DNA of 63,595 nucleotides, the filler included, from Chrysochromulina tobinii (Eukaryota), in the NCBI GenBank assembly GCA_001275005.1. It is 5 parts of 5 records of this genome, joined end to end, with 100 filler letters (N's around TTAATTAATTAA, not from the genome) between each part and the next. Parts side by side here need not be neighbours in the genome. Positions count along the whole stretch, not along the records: positions 1 to 22,727 come from JWZX01000693.1; positions 22,828 to 39,396 come from JWZX01000695.1; 3 more parts are not named here. One strand, written 5' to 3'. The translations under genes and the position numbers were made by a program. A model generated the notes under the pieces. The model was given only the letters and a program-made list of their open reading frames with translations, was not told the origin of the DNA and did not search any database. Shown piece after piece: positions 22,207 through 33,292 of the stretch (its first letter is position 1; each line of letters starts with the position of its first letter).

Positions 22207-22727
22207 TCAAAATGGCGGTCGCCTTTCCGCCTCCTTTGGTGCCCATCGCTGGCGCGAGCGATCGGGAGGGCAGATCTCGGCGCAACCGGCACTACTGGAT
22301 AGCCCCGATTCGGGGCATCATCCTCATCTACTTGCTCTTGATCATCGCGGCGCACCGGGGCTTCATCTACATGCCTTTTTCAGGAAGTCTACTGTAGGTC
22401 AATGCAACACCGCATCAGGCCGACGACGGGAGCGATCAGGGGCCTGCGCGAGGGCTGTTCCGATGGGCCGAGGTATCGGTAGGGTCTGGTGACTGCCGGC
22501 GCCGCGCGTCGAGCGCGCGCGGCCCTTCTCCGACGAGTTTTGATCGTTTGGGCCTGACAAGGGCTCATCAACCGTGCAGAAGCGGCCTTAGCTCGATGGC
22601 GGGAGCGCTCGGGGGCCTGCGCGAGGGCCTCATCAATGGGCAAAGGACCGGAAGGGTCAGGCGACCTTCGGCGTGGCGCGACGAGTGTCGCACTGCCGCG
22701 CTTCTGACGATATGTGGCTTCAAGCGG

Positions 22728-22827
22728 NNNNNNNNNNNNNNNNNNNNNNNNNNNNNNNNNNNNNNNNNNNNTTAATTAATTAANNNNNNNNNNNNNNNNN
22801 NNNNNNNNNNNNNNNNNNNNNNNNNNN
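22728..22827. other. Artificial contig linker (N44-TTAATTAATTAA-N44)
   Basis: Exactly 100 nt with a six-frame stop cassette; the same structure occurs four times. Confidence 0.97.
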
Positions 22828-23850
22828 CGCAGCCTTGCGCATCGCCTCGAGCGTACCCGCGCGAAGCGAGGCCCACTGCGCGTTCATCAGGTCCGCCTCG
22901 AGCGTCGAGAGCGAGCGACCCTCGCCCCCCATGCAATGCTGCACGATCTCGTGCGGCATCAGCGCCTTGCCCTGCACGCCCTTCTTGCTCACGATGGCCT
23001 CGCGCAGGTGCAGGCGGGCGGCGACGCGGGCGGGGTCATCCGGGTGCCGATTGCCTGTGCCATCCTGCGCCGGCGTGAGCACACCCTTGAGCGCCTCATT
23101 GAGGAACGCCTTGCGGTGGCGCTGCAGGCACAGCGAAGCCACTCGCGCGAAACGAATCTCCTCCCACCGGCCCGCAGCCATCAGCACCTCAGTCGTGCAG
23201 AGCTGGCTGTTCAGGGACGAGCACAGCTTGCGGTACTTGCGTGCCGAGGCCGCCGGATTGGCGGAGCCGAAGAGCCGCTGCGCGAGGCGCTTGGCCAGGC
23301 GCAGCGGACCCTTGTCAAATTTCATGCCCTCGCGGGGTGCGTACTTCGCCACCAGCGAGAGGCTCGGCGTTCGCTTCTCTGCCGTGGCAGCCGCGAGCTC
23401 CGCCTCGTCTGCCAGGAGCTGCTCACAGAGGAGCTCCTCGATCTTGTCGGCTAGCGCCCGAGGCCAGTCGTCCGATGCGAGCAGGTGAACGAGATCCTTC
23501 CAGTAGCCGTAAAGTGGGAGGAGGCCGAGGACTGCGGCCACGGGCTCCTCACCGAACTCCTTGGCGCAGAGCTTCAGGAGATGGTACGCGAGGTCCTTCT
23601 CACCCTTCCCGTGGCCACGAGTGGCGCGGGTCTGGAACGCGAGCACGATCAGGTCCGCCTTTGCCTCCGGCCTGGTCGCCTCGGTGACCGCGGCAGAAAA
23701 GAGGCTTGCCAATTCTTCGGCGTCAAGGCCGCGAACGAGCTTGAAGAAGAGGTCGAGCAGGCTCGAGCTGGTCTTCTTCAGGCACGCGTCTCCGTTGGTA
23801 GTGACAGTGCGGGAGTCGAGGAGGTCCATAGCGGCCGTGAAGGCGCTCAT
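22828..23850 (-). CDS. DUF2828 family (TROVE/vWA-related) protein, 3'-truncated by contig end
   Basis: TTNGD...TSSSLLDLFF, FQTRATRGHGKGEK, YGYWKDL, SLVAKYAPRE, YRK...L...EVLMAAGRWEEIRFARVASL and MPHEIV...AQW are characteristic of the family. Confidence 0.8.
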
Positions 23851-24055
23851 GATTTCCTCGGTTTGTGCGAGTGCGCGGATAGTGGCGCTCGGGAAATGCA
23901 CGCGAGCTCGACAAGTACATGTATTTTCCAACTTTTCAGTACATGTACTCTACCGTCAGTGCGCTACATGTACCGTACTTGAGTGTAGCATTTCGTCTTA
24001 TCGAATAATCTGACTTGGACAAACTCCCGCCATTTCGAAGAAAACCGGCGTCACG

Positions 24056-24937
24056 ATGGGCTGGGGCGGACGGAGCGCGATCCGCAAAGGCGGCCGCGGC
24101 CGCGGTGGCGGCGCTCACATTTTGAACAACCCTAGCGTGCACCAAATTAAGGGCGCCACCCTCTCTCTCAACTCGGCGATCGCGGAGTACGGCATCAGCC
24201 GTGCAGACCTCGAAGATGTCCCGTGCACCTGGAGGTCCTGTCATGGGAATTCGTACCCACTCTATCAGCGATCGGACGTGTTGGCGGCTGTGGCCAACAA
24301 AAGAGCGTGCGATCCTACGTTCGCCAGTGCGGAAAAGGTCAAGCAAGACGCCAAGGAGCTGGCCGCGGCACATGCAGCGCTTGCGGAGGCGACGGACAAG
24401 GTCAACGAAATCGAGGCCAGCATCTTAAACGGTGGGTACCTCGGCCTCACCGGCACGAACCTAAGCATCAGGGAGCGGCTGCCCAAGACCGACGCAAAGA
24501 GTCTCTACTGTCTTGACGACTCTGACCTTCGCGGCCTGTCCGTCACCTACGGCCGCGGGATGATGGGGAACGCCTCTGAGAATTACCTGCCCGAGGAACT
24601 CCTCAGAGCCGCCGAGGCGAAGCATGGCGGGCCGGCGGGCTTTCTGGAGCGTCGGCGCAAGCAGCAGCAGCGTACGCGCAAGAAGGACCTCGACGAGTGG
24701 AAGGGTAAGAGAGCGAGCGCGCAGGCGGCCGTCGCACGCCTCGCGCCCCTGTCGTCACGCAACGCCGGTGGAGCGGCGGCGGCCGCGTCGTCGTCCTCGA
24801 GCGCCGTCACGTTGGTACCGAGCTCGTCGGGCGGTGGGGGCAAGGCCAAGGCACCCGCCACCTCGACTCCCACAACGGTCGGCGAGGCCGCAGCCAAGAA
24901 GAGTGCCTTTGCGGTGCTCATGAAGACAGGCGAATGA
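24056..24937 (+). CDS. Protein with two XPA C-terminal-like DNA-binding modules
   Basis: LPKTDAKSLYCLDDSDL...Y..EELLRAAEAKHGG and a weaker copy, LSLNSAIAEYGISRADL...LYQRSDV, resemble the XPA_C pattern (KT.AK..YLL...DL...LY....V...A....G). Confidence 0.6.
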   Translation: MGWGGRSAIRKGGRGRGGGAHILNNPSVHQIKGATLSLNSAIAEYGISRADLEDVPCTWRSCHGNSYPLYQRSDVLAAVANKRACDPTFASAEKVKQDAKELAAAHAALAEATDKVNEIEASILNGGYLGLTGTNLSIRERLPKTDAKSLYCLDDSDLRGLSVTYGRGMMGNASENYLPEELLRAAEAKHGGPAGFLERRRKQQQRTRKKDLDEWKGKRASAQAAVARLAPLSSRNAGGAAAAASSSSSAVTLVPSSSGGGGKAKAPATSTPTTVGEAAAKKSAFAVLMKTGE

Positions 24938-25456
24938 GCCGTCACTGAAAGGCAGTGTCTGAAATGCCCTGGAGAGATCTTGCAGTACTCTTGGGTTGAG
25001 ACGGGGTTGTGTGTGGTGTCGGAGTGTAGTAGGTGAACCCTGTGTGTATTTGCTTCCGTGGTTAGGCCATGCCAATTCAAACCACATCGCACATGCGCTC
25101 CGGAATCGTCAACTCTGTATTCGCCGCTTTGCAGCACGTCGTGAGGCGGTGGACCGGCACGCGATGCGCGGGAGGCGCTCACTTACACACACTGTGACTC
25201 GGACCCAGTTTGTGGGACACAAGCGACGACGTGCCCGTAGCAGCGCGGCCGCGCAGCTCCGAGCTCGCAGCTCCGAGCTCGCAGCTCGCTGGCAGCAGCA
25301 CACACCGCCACAGCTTGCTCCTCGGTCAGACTCTCGACTCGGGCACGTCCAGCATAGCCGCTGCCGTCGCACCGCACGCCCCATGGGATCCAAGTCAAGT
25401 CAAGTCAAGTCATGGGATCCACGCGCCACCGCGCGCGCCGCGCCCGCTCAGGCCAC

Positions 25457-27432
25457 TCATTGCTGCTTGCACTCTGGGTCGCCCGGCTTGGGCCCACCGG
25501 GGGCAGCCGCCGCGCTGCCGCTCGGTTTGGCGGCACCGCCCTTGCCCTTGCCCTTGGCCGGGGGCGGCTCGTCGTCGTCGTCATCGTCGTCGTCCTCATC
25601 CTCGTCCTCGTCCTCGTCCTCGTCGTCGTCGTCGTCCTCATCCTCCTCATCATACTCGTCGTCGTCGTCATCGTACTCGTCCTCCGGGTCGACGGCTGCG
25701 CCGGTGAACCAGGCGACAGCGCGCGGAATGATCTTATCCTTGATCACGCACCCGAGCTCATAATCTGCCTCGAGGCTGTCATGGAGCTGGTCCATCTGCA
25801 GCACAGTACGCGAGCAGCGTAGGACGACGCAACCCACGAGCGTCAGGTGCGCGATGCGTCATGGCGCGGGCACTCAGCAGCTGAGCCAAGCCAGGGTGAA
25901 GACTGTGCTCCCTAAAAAGGATTGGCACCGGCGCCATGAGGCAATCAGAGGCAATCAGAGGCAATCAGAAGCAAATAGAGGACTGTGCTCCCTATGTAAG
26001 ATCGCCGCTGGCGCCACAGAGGTTTCCACCCCGAGGTGGAGCCTCGGCCCCAGCAGCCTGTGATGAGAGGCGGCTTGTGGCGCAGTTGCAAACCTCGATG
26101 ATCCTTGAAGGTCTCTCACCGAGGGTTCGTCTGCGCAAGGCGGGCCGGCCAGGCGAAGGCCAGGCGCTGTAGCGGGCGCCAGGCGCTGTGCCGGGCGGGC
26201 GGCGCTGCAGAAGGCGGCTAGGCGAGGTCAAGGGCAGTTCGGGCGGTGCATGCACGCACCTCCTCCTCATCCATCTCCTCATCCTCTCCGGGCATCGAAG
26301 GCGGCTGGAAGAACTGGAAGAACGAGTCAATCGGCTCCTCCTGCTTGACAGTGCGCACCTTGCCCTTCTTCTTCTGCTTCTTCTCGACCAGCTTGACCGT
26401 TGGGTTCTTGCCTGGCTTCCAGTCGATCTCGGTGCCGATCGACTTGGTGAGGCACTCGTCCTCGTCATCCGGGTCGAAGAGGTACGTCTTCGTGATCGTC
26501 GTGCCCTGGAAGTACTCGTTCGGCGAGAACAGGAAAGCGAGCTGAAAGCCCTTCTTACCCTGTCCTAGCTGGGCCGAGTACTTGATGTCGATCAGGTGCT
26601 TGAGGATGGGCTCGTCGTGCTCGTGGATCTCGTCCGCGGTGATCATGTTGTTCTCGAGGCACTTGAGCCAGAAGCCGGGCACGCCGCCGTCCTTGCTCGT
26701 CACTGTCTCGTACCGCTGCTTGTACAGCGGTGCCTTTTTCTTCTCGTACTCTTCCTTGAGCTGCTCGAGCTTCTCGAGGAACTCCTTGGACAGCGCGTCC
26801 ACCGAGTCCTGCAGCTGCTCGAGGCTCTCGACGCGCGTACGCACGTCCGCTGGCAGCTCAGCGATCGTCGCGTCGCGCCGCTCCGCGGACGACATGTTCA
26901 TCATCGCCAACTTCTTTTGCAGCTCGATCGGAAGCTCAGCCTTGCCGCCGCTGCGGGTCTTCGTCATCTTGCTCGTATCCACCTCGTCCTCGTCGTCGTC
27001 CGCGTCACCCATGCCGCCACCCGTCTGCGCGGCGAAGTTGAATTGGAACGAGCCGGTAGCCGGCGCGGATGGCGGCGGCTGTGCCGCTGCATTGAAGGTG
27101 AATGGCGACGGCTTGCCGCTGTCGGCGGGCGCCACAGGCGCCGCGGCGCTGAAGGAAAAGGTGCTGCCCTTGCCGTCGGCTCCCGCTGGCGGCGCAAAGC
27201 TGAACGCCGGTGCCGCGGGCTTGCTCGGCGCGGGCGAGTCATCACCAATGTGCTTCTTGTACATGTCGACCAGCTGCTCCTTGGTCACGCGCTTGACGAC
27301 AGAGGTGATGGCGCCGCCGATTTTGTTCTCGTTGACGAAGTCGTCGCCCGCTTTTTCCTGCAGGTACTGGATGAGCATCTTCTTCGAGACATCATCGCTC
27401 GCCGCCTGCGCGGCGGTCCAGGGCGCCGCCAT
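25457..27432 (-). CDS. NAP1: Nucleosome assembly protein 1 with N-terminal BTHB-like domain; 2 exons
   Basis: [60 protein letters not shown] and [15 protein letters not shown]; acidic tail; C-terminal CKQQ. Exons 27432-26260 and 25795-25457, intron 26259-25796. Confidence 0.93.
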
Positions 27433-27568
27433 TGGCCTCCCTCGCTCGGCTTCGTGGCGACGATCGATGTCGCGTCGACAAAAAAAAATTCGCGCTTTCG
27501 TGAGCGCCGAGTCGCGAAATTGTGAGAGGGTGCGTGGGGGAACAAATAAGCCTGACGGTTGCCAACCT

Positions 27569-28474
27569 TCAGCGAAACTGACGACGAAGATGGTCCGCAT
27601 CAAGCTGGGCCATCTCGCTGGCGGCGAGTACGAAGTCGAAGATGTCGAGATCCTCTGCAAGGTACGTGGGGTTTGTCGACTGGGTGGCGATGGTGACATT
27701 GTGCTGTAGGAGCCACCGCAGCGCGACTTGCGCTGCGGACTTGTTGTGAGCTCCGCCGATGCTGATCAGCAGAGGATCTTTCACGAGTGAGCCAGAGCCC
27801 AGCGGCGAGTATGCCTGGACGACCACGCCGCCGGCCGCAGCATTCTGCTGTACAATCGGCACCGGGTCGCCGCATGAGACGCACGCGAGCAATTGGTTCG
27901 AGGCTGGCGCTACCGTCGTGTTCTTCAGGCAATCGAGCTCGTCCGATCCAAAGTTGCTCACGGCGATGGATTTGACTCGTTTCGCCTGGTAGAGATCCGA
28001 GAGCACCTTCCACTGGCCTCTGATGGCGTCGCAGCCCGACCGAGACGGGTAGTCCAGCATGAGCATCTCGAGAGGCTCGCCCAGCACCTGGAATTGGTTT
28101 TCAGCGCCACTACGGGTCTGAGCCACGCAATCATCATAACCTCCGCACGAACCCGTGTTGACCGTTCCCGACACAAATAGCTCCTGGCGCGGAATTCCGC
28201 CAGAATCATTCCGAGCGGCAGCGATTGCTTGCGCCTGCGCGGCCTGGCACGAGTTGCCAATCAGCACCGAAGACCACACGAACCTGAAGCCGCTAGAGAG
28301 CGCTGCGAGCGTTGCATACTTGCAAGTGTCTGGATCCCAAACGTTGGCCGCAAAGGCGACCTTTGGCATCACGAGGCCATTATTCAGGGTCACGGTCATG
28401 GAGTCGGCGGATGCAACCACAGCGAACGTGCTTGAGTGCACCGCCATCAGCCAGGCCGTCTGTGAGAACACCAT
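27569..28474 (-). CDS. Aldo/keto reductase-fold protein with signal-peptide-like N-terminus and a non-canonical active site
   Basis: VTLNNGLVMPKV, PRQELFV, VKSIAVSNF, NQ, VQAYSPLG, HNKSAAQVALRWLLQ and DIFDFVL...EM..LD. Confidence 0.85.
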   Translation of the reverse strand: MVFSQTAWLMAVHSSTFAVVASADSMTVTLNNGLVMPKVAFAANVWDPDTCKYATLAALSSGFRFVWSSVLIGNSCQAAQAQAIAAARNDSGGIPRQELFVSGTVNTGSCGGYDDCVAQTRSGAENQFQVLGEPLEMLMLDYPSRSGCDAIRGQWKVLSDLYQAKRVKSIAVSNFGSDELDCLKNTTVAPASNQLLACVSCGDPVPIVQQNAAAGGVVVQAYSPLGSGSLVKDPLLISIGGAHNKSAAQVALRWLLQHNVTIATQSTNPTYLAEDLDIFDFVLAASEMAQLDADHLRRQFR

Positions 28475-28808
28475 CCGCGTTGCAGTCGGTCACTCCGAGG
28501 TCAGTTTCCTTGAAATTTCTCCTAAATTCAGTCTGTGGCCAACATGTACCCAGACACAGGGCCCAAGGATCCCCTTTCAGAACTTGACTACTGAACTGTT
28601 CTATTTTTAGACTCGGCAGAGAGAGGGGCTTCTCGCGTCTCGCTTCGCCTCCTGTCGGGAGGTGGTCGTGCGGTGCGTGCCCTTTTCGGCTGTGGATTCG
28701 GTGCAGAGGTCCTGTCCGCGCGCGCGACGGAGCCCTTTGCAAGTTCAAAGGGCGCATCCAAGGAGCTTGGCGGCGCCAGCGCCGGGACGTTCGGAGCAGA
28801 AAGCTGTG

Positions 28809-29540
28809 ATGCAGTGGGCGCAAGCCTCATCCCAAGGTGGCCTCGCCCCTTTGTCTTCCTCTGACAGCGGCGCTGGAATATGGCCCCAGACGCCGCATCC
28901 CGGATCGGGCAAAAAGGCTCACTCAGAAGCTCATTGCTCAGCCGACGGGCCAAATGATGCTACGCCAGCCCCGCAGGGTTGCTTGGCGGCTGGTCAACTT
29001 GCTGCACCGGTTATGGCTGCTGAGGATTTTTTCAGCCTGATCGCCAAGAGGGAACATTTGGCAGTTCTAGCGGCCATCAACAATGGAATGTCACCCGAGA
29101 TGCAATGTCAGGGAGCTTTGCCGCTGCGAGCGGCTGTCAAGACAGGGGACGTGAGCACGTTTGCCATTCTGCTGCTTGCGGGCGCTGACATCCACAGGCG
29201 ATCCATGGAGCCTGGCGAGGCTGGGCTGCTCATGCGGAGCGCGTACGAGGAAATGCACCGCGTCCTGCCCGTGCCCAAGCACATCCCACAGCACTATCCC
29301 GATGAGTACAAGCAACCCTTGCAGCTCATGGCGGAGTTCATGCACGACCGACCGAGCGCGCGCCGGTACCTGTGGGAGCATTTTGGGAACGTGCAGATCC
29401 GAGGTGAGGGCGTGCGCCCAGATTGGCAGCCGCGCTTCTCCACCCGGGTACGCGTGATTGACTCGGCGCGCGAACCGCTCGGTGAGGGACGCGATGGAAG
29501 CCCCTCAGGCGAGCGCGGGTCCCGTTACGTTACTTCTTAG
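28809..29540 (+). CDS. Ankyrin-repeat-like protein
   Basis: GALPLRAAVKTGDVSTFAILLLAGADIH is an ankyrin-like unit. The start codon is uncertain. Confidence 0.5.
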   Translation: MQWAQASSQGGLAPLSSSDSGAGIWPQTPHPGSGKKAHSEAHCSADGPNDATPAPQGCLAAGQLAAPVMAAEDFFSLIAKREHLAVLAAINNGMSPEMQCQGALPLRAAVKTGDVSTFAILLLAGADIHRRSMEPGEAGLLMRSAYEEMHRVLPVPKHIPQHYPDEYKQPLQLMAEFMHDRPSARRYLWEHFGNVQIRGEGVRPDWQPRFSTRVRVIDSAREPLGEGRDGSPSGERGSRYVTS

Positions 29541-29859
29541 TATGACAGTGGTGCACCCAGCACTTTGAACCTGGTCCCTCTTGCGTCTCGGGGTGGAAGA
29601 GTACCAGACGCGCCTTAGGATTAGCCCTCATCAAATAAGTTGGATTGTTCGTGGTATCTGGCACGGACCGAGTAGCCACGGCGACCGAGCCGCGCCGGCC
29701 GCCGCGGACCTTCACCGCCATACGACACCTACACGACAAAACACGACACTATCCGATCCCCGCGGGAGCCCCGCCCGTTTCGCCTAGTATCTGACCGGCT
29801 TCACCGCTTGCGGCACGAGCATGCGACGCGGCGCGCGCTCCGTGCGCGCCTCATTGCTT

Positions 29860-31656
29860 TCACACCAAATCGAGCCGCCGCACTGGCGAACGACTGTACA
29901 CTTCGCTCGTCTTTCGAGCCGCAGCACCAACCGTCGGCTCGCCCCCATATCCTCGTTCGGCAGCGTCGCCGCCGACACTAGCCTCGTTTGCAGGCGTGCC
30001 ACCTGTGCCAAGCAGTCCTCGTGCGAAGAGCTCGTCGTTGATGGCCTCAATATCAGCCCATGGCGCGGCGCGGTTGACCGTCTCAGGGTACGAGGAGAGG
30101 GATAAGATCAGGGCGCCGAGCGCAAAGGGCACTGAGCTGGCCAGCATGAACCATTCTTCGAGCGAGGGCGCGAGCGTGACTGAGACCAACTCGAAGAGCA
30201 CGCCCGCAATCATGAACCACGCAAAGCCCCAAGCTCCAGCCATCTGATCGTTTGCGAGATGCTTGGAGATATCGAGGCAGCTGAAGCACGCTCGTAAGCA
30301 CGCGGATTTCTCTATCGCACGCCGGATGTAGCACGTGCCGAGTCCGCCGTTTTCGCAGAGCGCGTCGGGCGTCGAGCCGTACCAAAGCAGGATCATGGAA
30401 GGCACGAAATAGAAGTTGAGCAAAAGGTAGATCCACGCGTCGCTGTCCCATGGGCGCGCCACGACGCCGGCGACCGAGCCAAAGGCAAAGAGGACCCCAC
30501 CGACCAAGAAGAGCCAGCTGCCGAAGAGCATGGGCGAGTCCGAAAAGTAGCGCGTGAGTGGCGAGAGCTGATAGCGCCGGGTCGTGTCGGCGACGTCGGC
30601 AGAGGTGGTGGAGATCATTCGAAGCACGGCTTCGGGATAGGCCGCTTCCATCAACGGTACAGAGCCGGCAAGCCAGATAAGGGACGAGAGGACGTATAGG
30701 GCCACCTCGATATGAGTAGCACATGCCGCCGCCGTCAGGTGCGCGGCGGACTCGTGGGTTGTTTCGTTGGTCAGGGCGTTCAACGCGATTCTGGCGTCGA
30801 TCCAGCTCAACCAGACCCAGAGTGCTGCGCCGATCAAGAGCAGCCAGGAGCCCACCTGCAGATGCGTGCCTACGTGGCGCAGCAGCAGCCGATAGCACCG
30901 TGAGCGTCGGCTCACGCGCTCCCGGCGCTCCTCGGTAGCTTTGGCCTCGGCATCCGCGAGCTTCGCCGCGGCCAAGGTGGCCGTCTCGGCGGAGACCTTG
31001 TTGGCGGCGCCCATGGAAGCTAGCAGGGCTCTCAGCACCTCCTCTCCTCTGACAAGGAGCACTTCGAGGGCCTCAGCCGCTGCGAAGCTGCCCGACAGGC
31101 GCACATGGCCCAGGGCTAGGGCCGTTGCCCACGCGCTAGCCTCGGCCACGAGCAGCTTGGAGAGCACCGACTCGCTCTTGACGACCAGCGTGGCGGCGCA
31201 ATCGGTCAGCTGGTCGGCGGCAGGCGCACGACTGGCGTCAGTTAGGGAGCCGTCGCTGCAGGATAGCACGAGCCAATCACCATCTGCACACCGCAGACCG
31301 ATGCTCCCGTCCAGCTCGAGTCCTGGCAAGTGCAAGCCGGCGATCGAACGAAGAGCGTTAAAGATTGACTCCGACAAAGGAGTGTCCGGCAAGTGAATTG
31401 CGTGAAGCACAGGCAGCGGCAAAGTTGAGTAATCGATCCCATTTCCCCCCTGCTCCACCCTGCACGTGGTGCACCATGGGCGAAAGAAATGGGCTCCACA
31501 AACCGATTTTCCACATCGACGACAGTGGTGCCGGCCGCCCAGGAGGAAGGTCTTCTGACAAATCTCGCATCGCAGCTGACGGTGTCTTGGCGACTTCATC
31601 CCGTTAGCTTCTCCAGAAGCCTTCTTACCGCTCATGATGGTACTCTTGACGATCAT
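29860..31656 (-). CDS. FYVE-type zinc finger + SCP2-like domain + multi-pass membrane domain
   Basis: CEICQKTF...RHHCRRCGKSVC...CTTC (FYVE). AATLVVKSESVLSKLL...ALALGHVRLSGSFAAAEAL (SCP2-like). About 8 hydrophobic segments with three related G[SA]W-containing repeats. Confidence 0.7.
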   Translation of the reverse strand: MIVKSTIMSGKKASGEANGMKSPRHRQLRCEICQKTFLLGGRHHCRRCGKSVCGAHFFRPWCTTCRVEQGGNGIDYSTLPLPVLHAIHLPDTPLSESIFNALRSIAGLHLPGLELDGSIGLRCADGDWLVLSCSDGSLTDASRAPAADQLTDCAATLVVKSESVLSKLLVAEASAWATALALGHVRLSGSFAAAEALEVLLVRGEEVLRALLASMGAANKVSAETATLAAAKLADAEAKATEERRERVSRRSRCYRLLLRHVGTHLQVGSWLLLIGAALWVWLSWIDARIALNALTNETTHESAAHLTAAACATHIEVALYVLSSLIWLAGSVPLMEAAYPEAVLRMISTTSADVADTTRRYQLSPLTRYFSDSPMLFGSWLFLVGGVLFAFGSVAGVVARPWDSDAWIYLLLNFYFVPSMILLWYGSTPDALCENGGLGTCYIRRAIEKSACLRACFSCLDISKHLANDQMAGAWGFAWFMIAGVLFELVSVTLAPSLEEWFMLASSVPFALGALILSLSSYPETVNRAAPWADIEAINDELFARGLLGTGGTPANEASVGGDAAERGYGGEPTVGAAARKTSEVYSRSPVRRLDLV

Positions 31657-31922
31657 TCCTCGTCTACTCGAGTGGCTGCTTGCGTGATGGGCCGAAAGGC
31701 AAAGGCCCAAATCCACAATCGAGAATGCGCGTTGTCTCGCAGGGCCCGCGGGTGATGATGAACGCTCCCTTCGGAAGTTCCGGTTTCGTTGAACAATGTT
31801 TCGTTTGGGGTTTGCGAAGTTGCGCGAACGGAAAACACTCGGCGCTCGTGCAACTTCACACGAGCCGCTGTGCGGCATGCACGCACTTTAGTTGCCGAAC
31901 ATAGAAAGCGCACAAACTTTCC

Positions 31923-33258
31923 ATGTCGGGCCCCTCCACTCTCGTCTGCGTCCTCGAGTCAGGCGACTGGGTTTGGCCGTCGAGTAACGCCACTAACATC
32001 ACCCGCTGCTGTCACGCTTGCGTGCACACACTCTCGTGCGCTGTTTTTGAATTGGGCGATGAGTCTTGCCGCCTGCTTGGTGTGGACAGTATCCGCAACC
32101 GCACAGCATCATTCACACGAGGCCTGGTGCTCCGCGTGACGTACAGGAGCAGAGCAGAGGCGCACCAACCGGTGCGGGCACGCCGTCGACTACGTTCGAG
32201 CGTGCACTCCCGCCAGAAGCGGCGGCGCTCTTCGTCGGCCTTGTCGCCGCTGCCTTCTGTGTGCCACGAGCGGCTTTCGTATCTGAACTTGACAATGGCC
32301 GAGAGGTGCGGCTCCGAGCATCGCGAGCGATTCGTGATCAACGAGTGTGGCAGCAGCGGGTCGAGCGATGCGCTTGCGGCCGCGCAGGCTAATGAGCTCT
32401 ACCTGCGCAGGGAGTGCGGTGCGACGTGCGTCTTCGACCCCGCGATGCCCATGACGGCGGGCTGGGAGTACCAGACAGCGGCGCAGTGCTACGATCGCTG
32501 GCAGCAGCCTGCGGCGGCGCCGGCGCCGCACCGCTGCCTCAAGGCACTCATCGATGATCCGGCGGAGCTCAGTCGCGTGCTCGGACGCGTCTCTCGCACG
32601 TGCCCCGAGGGATCGTGCGAGCCGCCTCGGCCCGAGAGCAAGGCAGCGCTACACTCCTCAGGCTGTGAAGGGCGCGCTGCGGCGCTTCGGAACGTGAGTC
32701 GGGTGTGTGCGTCCTCTTCGAGCAGCGGACCGCCCATCGTCTCCATCGACGTCGCGCGTGCGCAGGTCAACCGTCTGTGGGAATCTTGCCGCTCGCCCTG
32801 CCTGTACTCTGCAGTGTCGCCGGGCGCAACGGGCTGGAGCTACGATCGCAGCATGGGGTGCTTTCGCCCGTTTGCGCGGCTGGCACGCCCTGAGGAGGCC
32901 GCGCACGACGGGTTGCCCTATGCGCCGCCGGCCGTCGCCGAGGCAGCTCCCGCGCAGCAGCCTCCTTGCCTCTCAACACGCCACAGCACCGCCGTCCGCA
33001 AGGCGGCCCGAACAGCCGCGTCCCTGTGTGCCGAATGCGGTGAGCCGCAGCGACGAGAAGTGTGGTGCCACGCGCTCGTACGCCGGCGGCTCGCGGCCGT
33101 GCACCGTGCGGTCGGACCTCATGCGGCGCGGGTGTGGGATTTCGATCGCGTCCAGGCGGCGTTTGCCGCGCGCGGCTATTGCCGAATGCCGTGCCTCCAG
33201 CGCAGCATCGACAGCGCTCCCAATGCTCACGTCGCCCGTGGTGGCGAGCGCAAAGGCA

Positions 33259-33292
<34 letters not shown>

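Noticed and set aside
22212..22397. 61-aa ORF with a hydrophobic segment after a (CAAG)n tract
   Set aside because: Too short, no recognisable family and no independent support; it cannot be excluded.
26582..27709. 375-aa and 309-aa plus-strand ORFs
   Set aside because: Antisense to NAP1; expected from high GC3 and without recognisable motifs.
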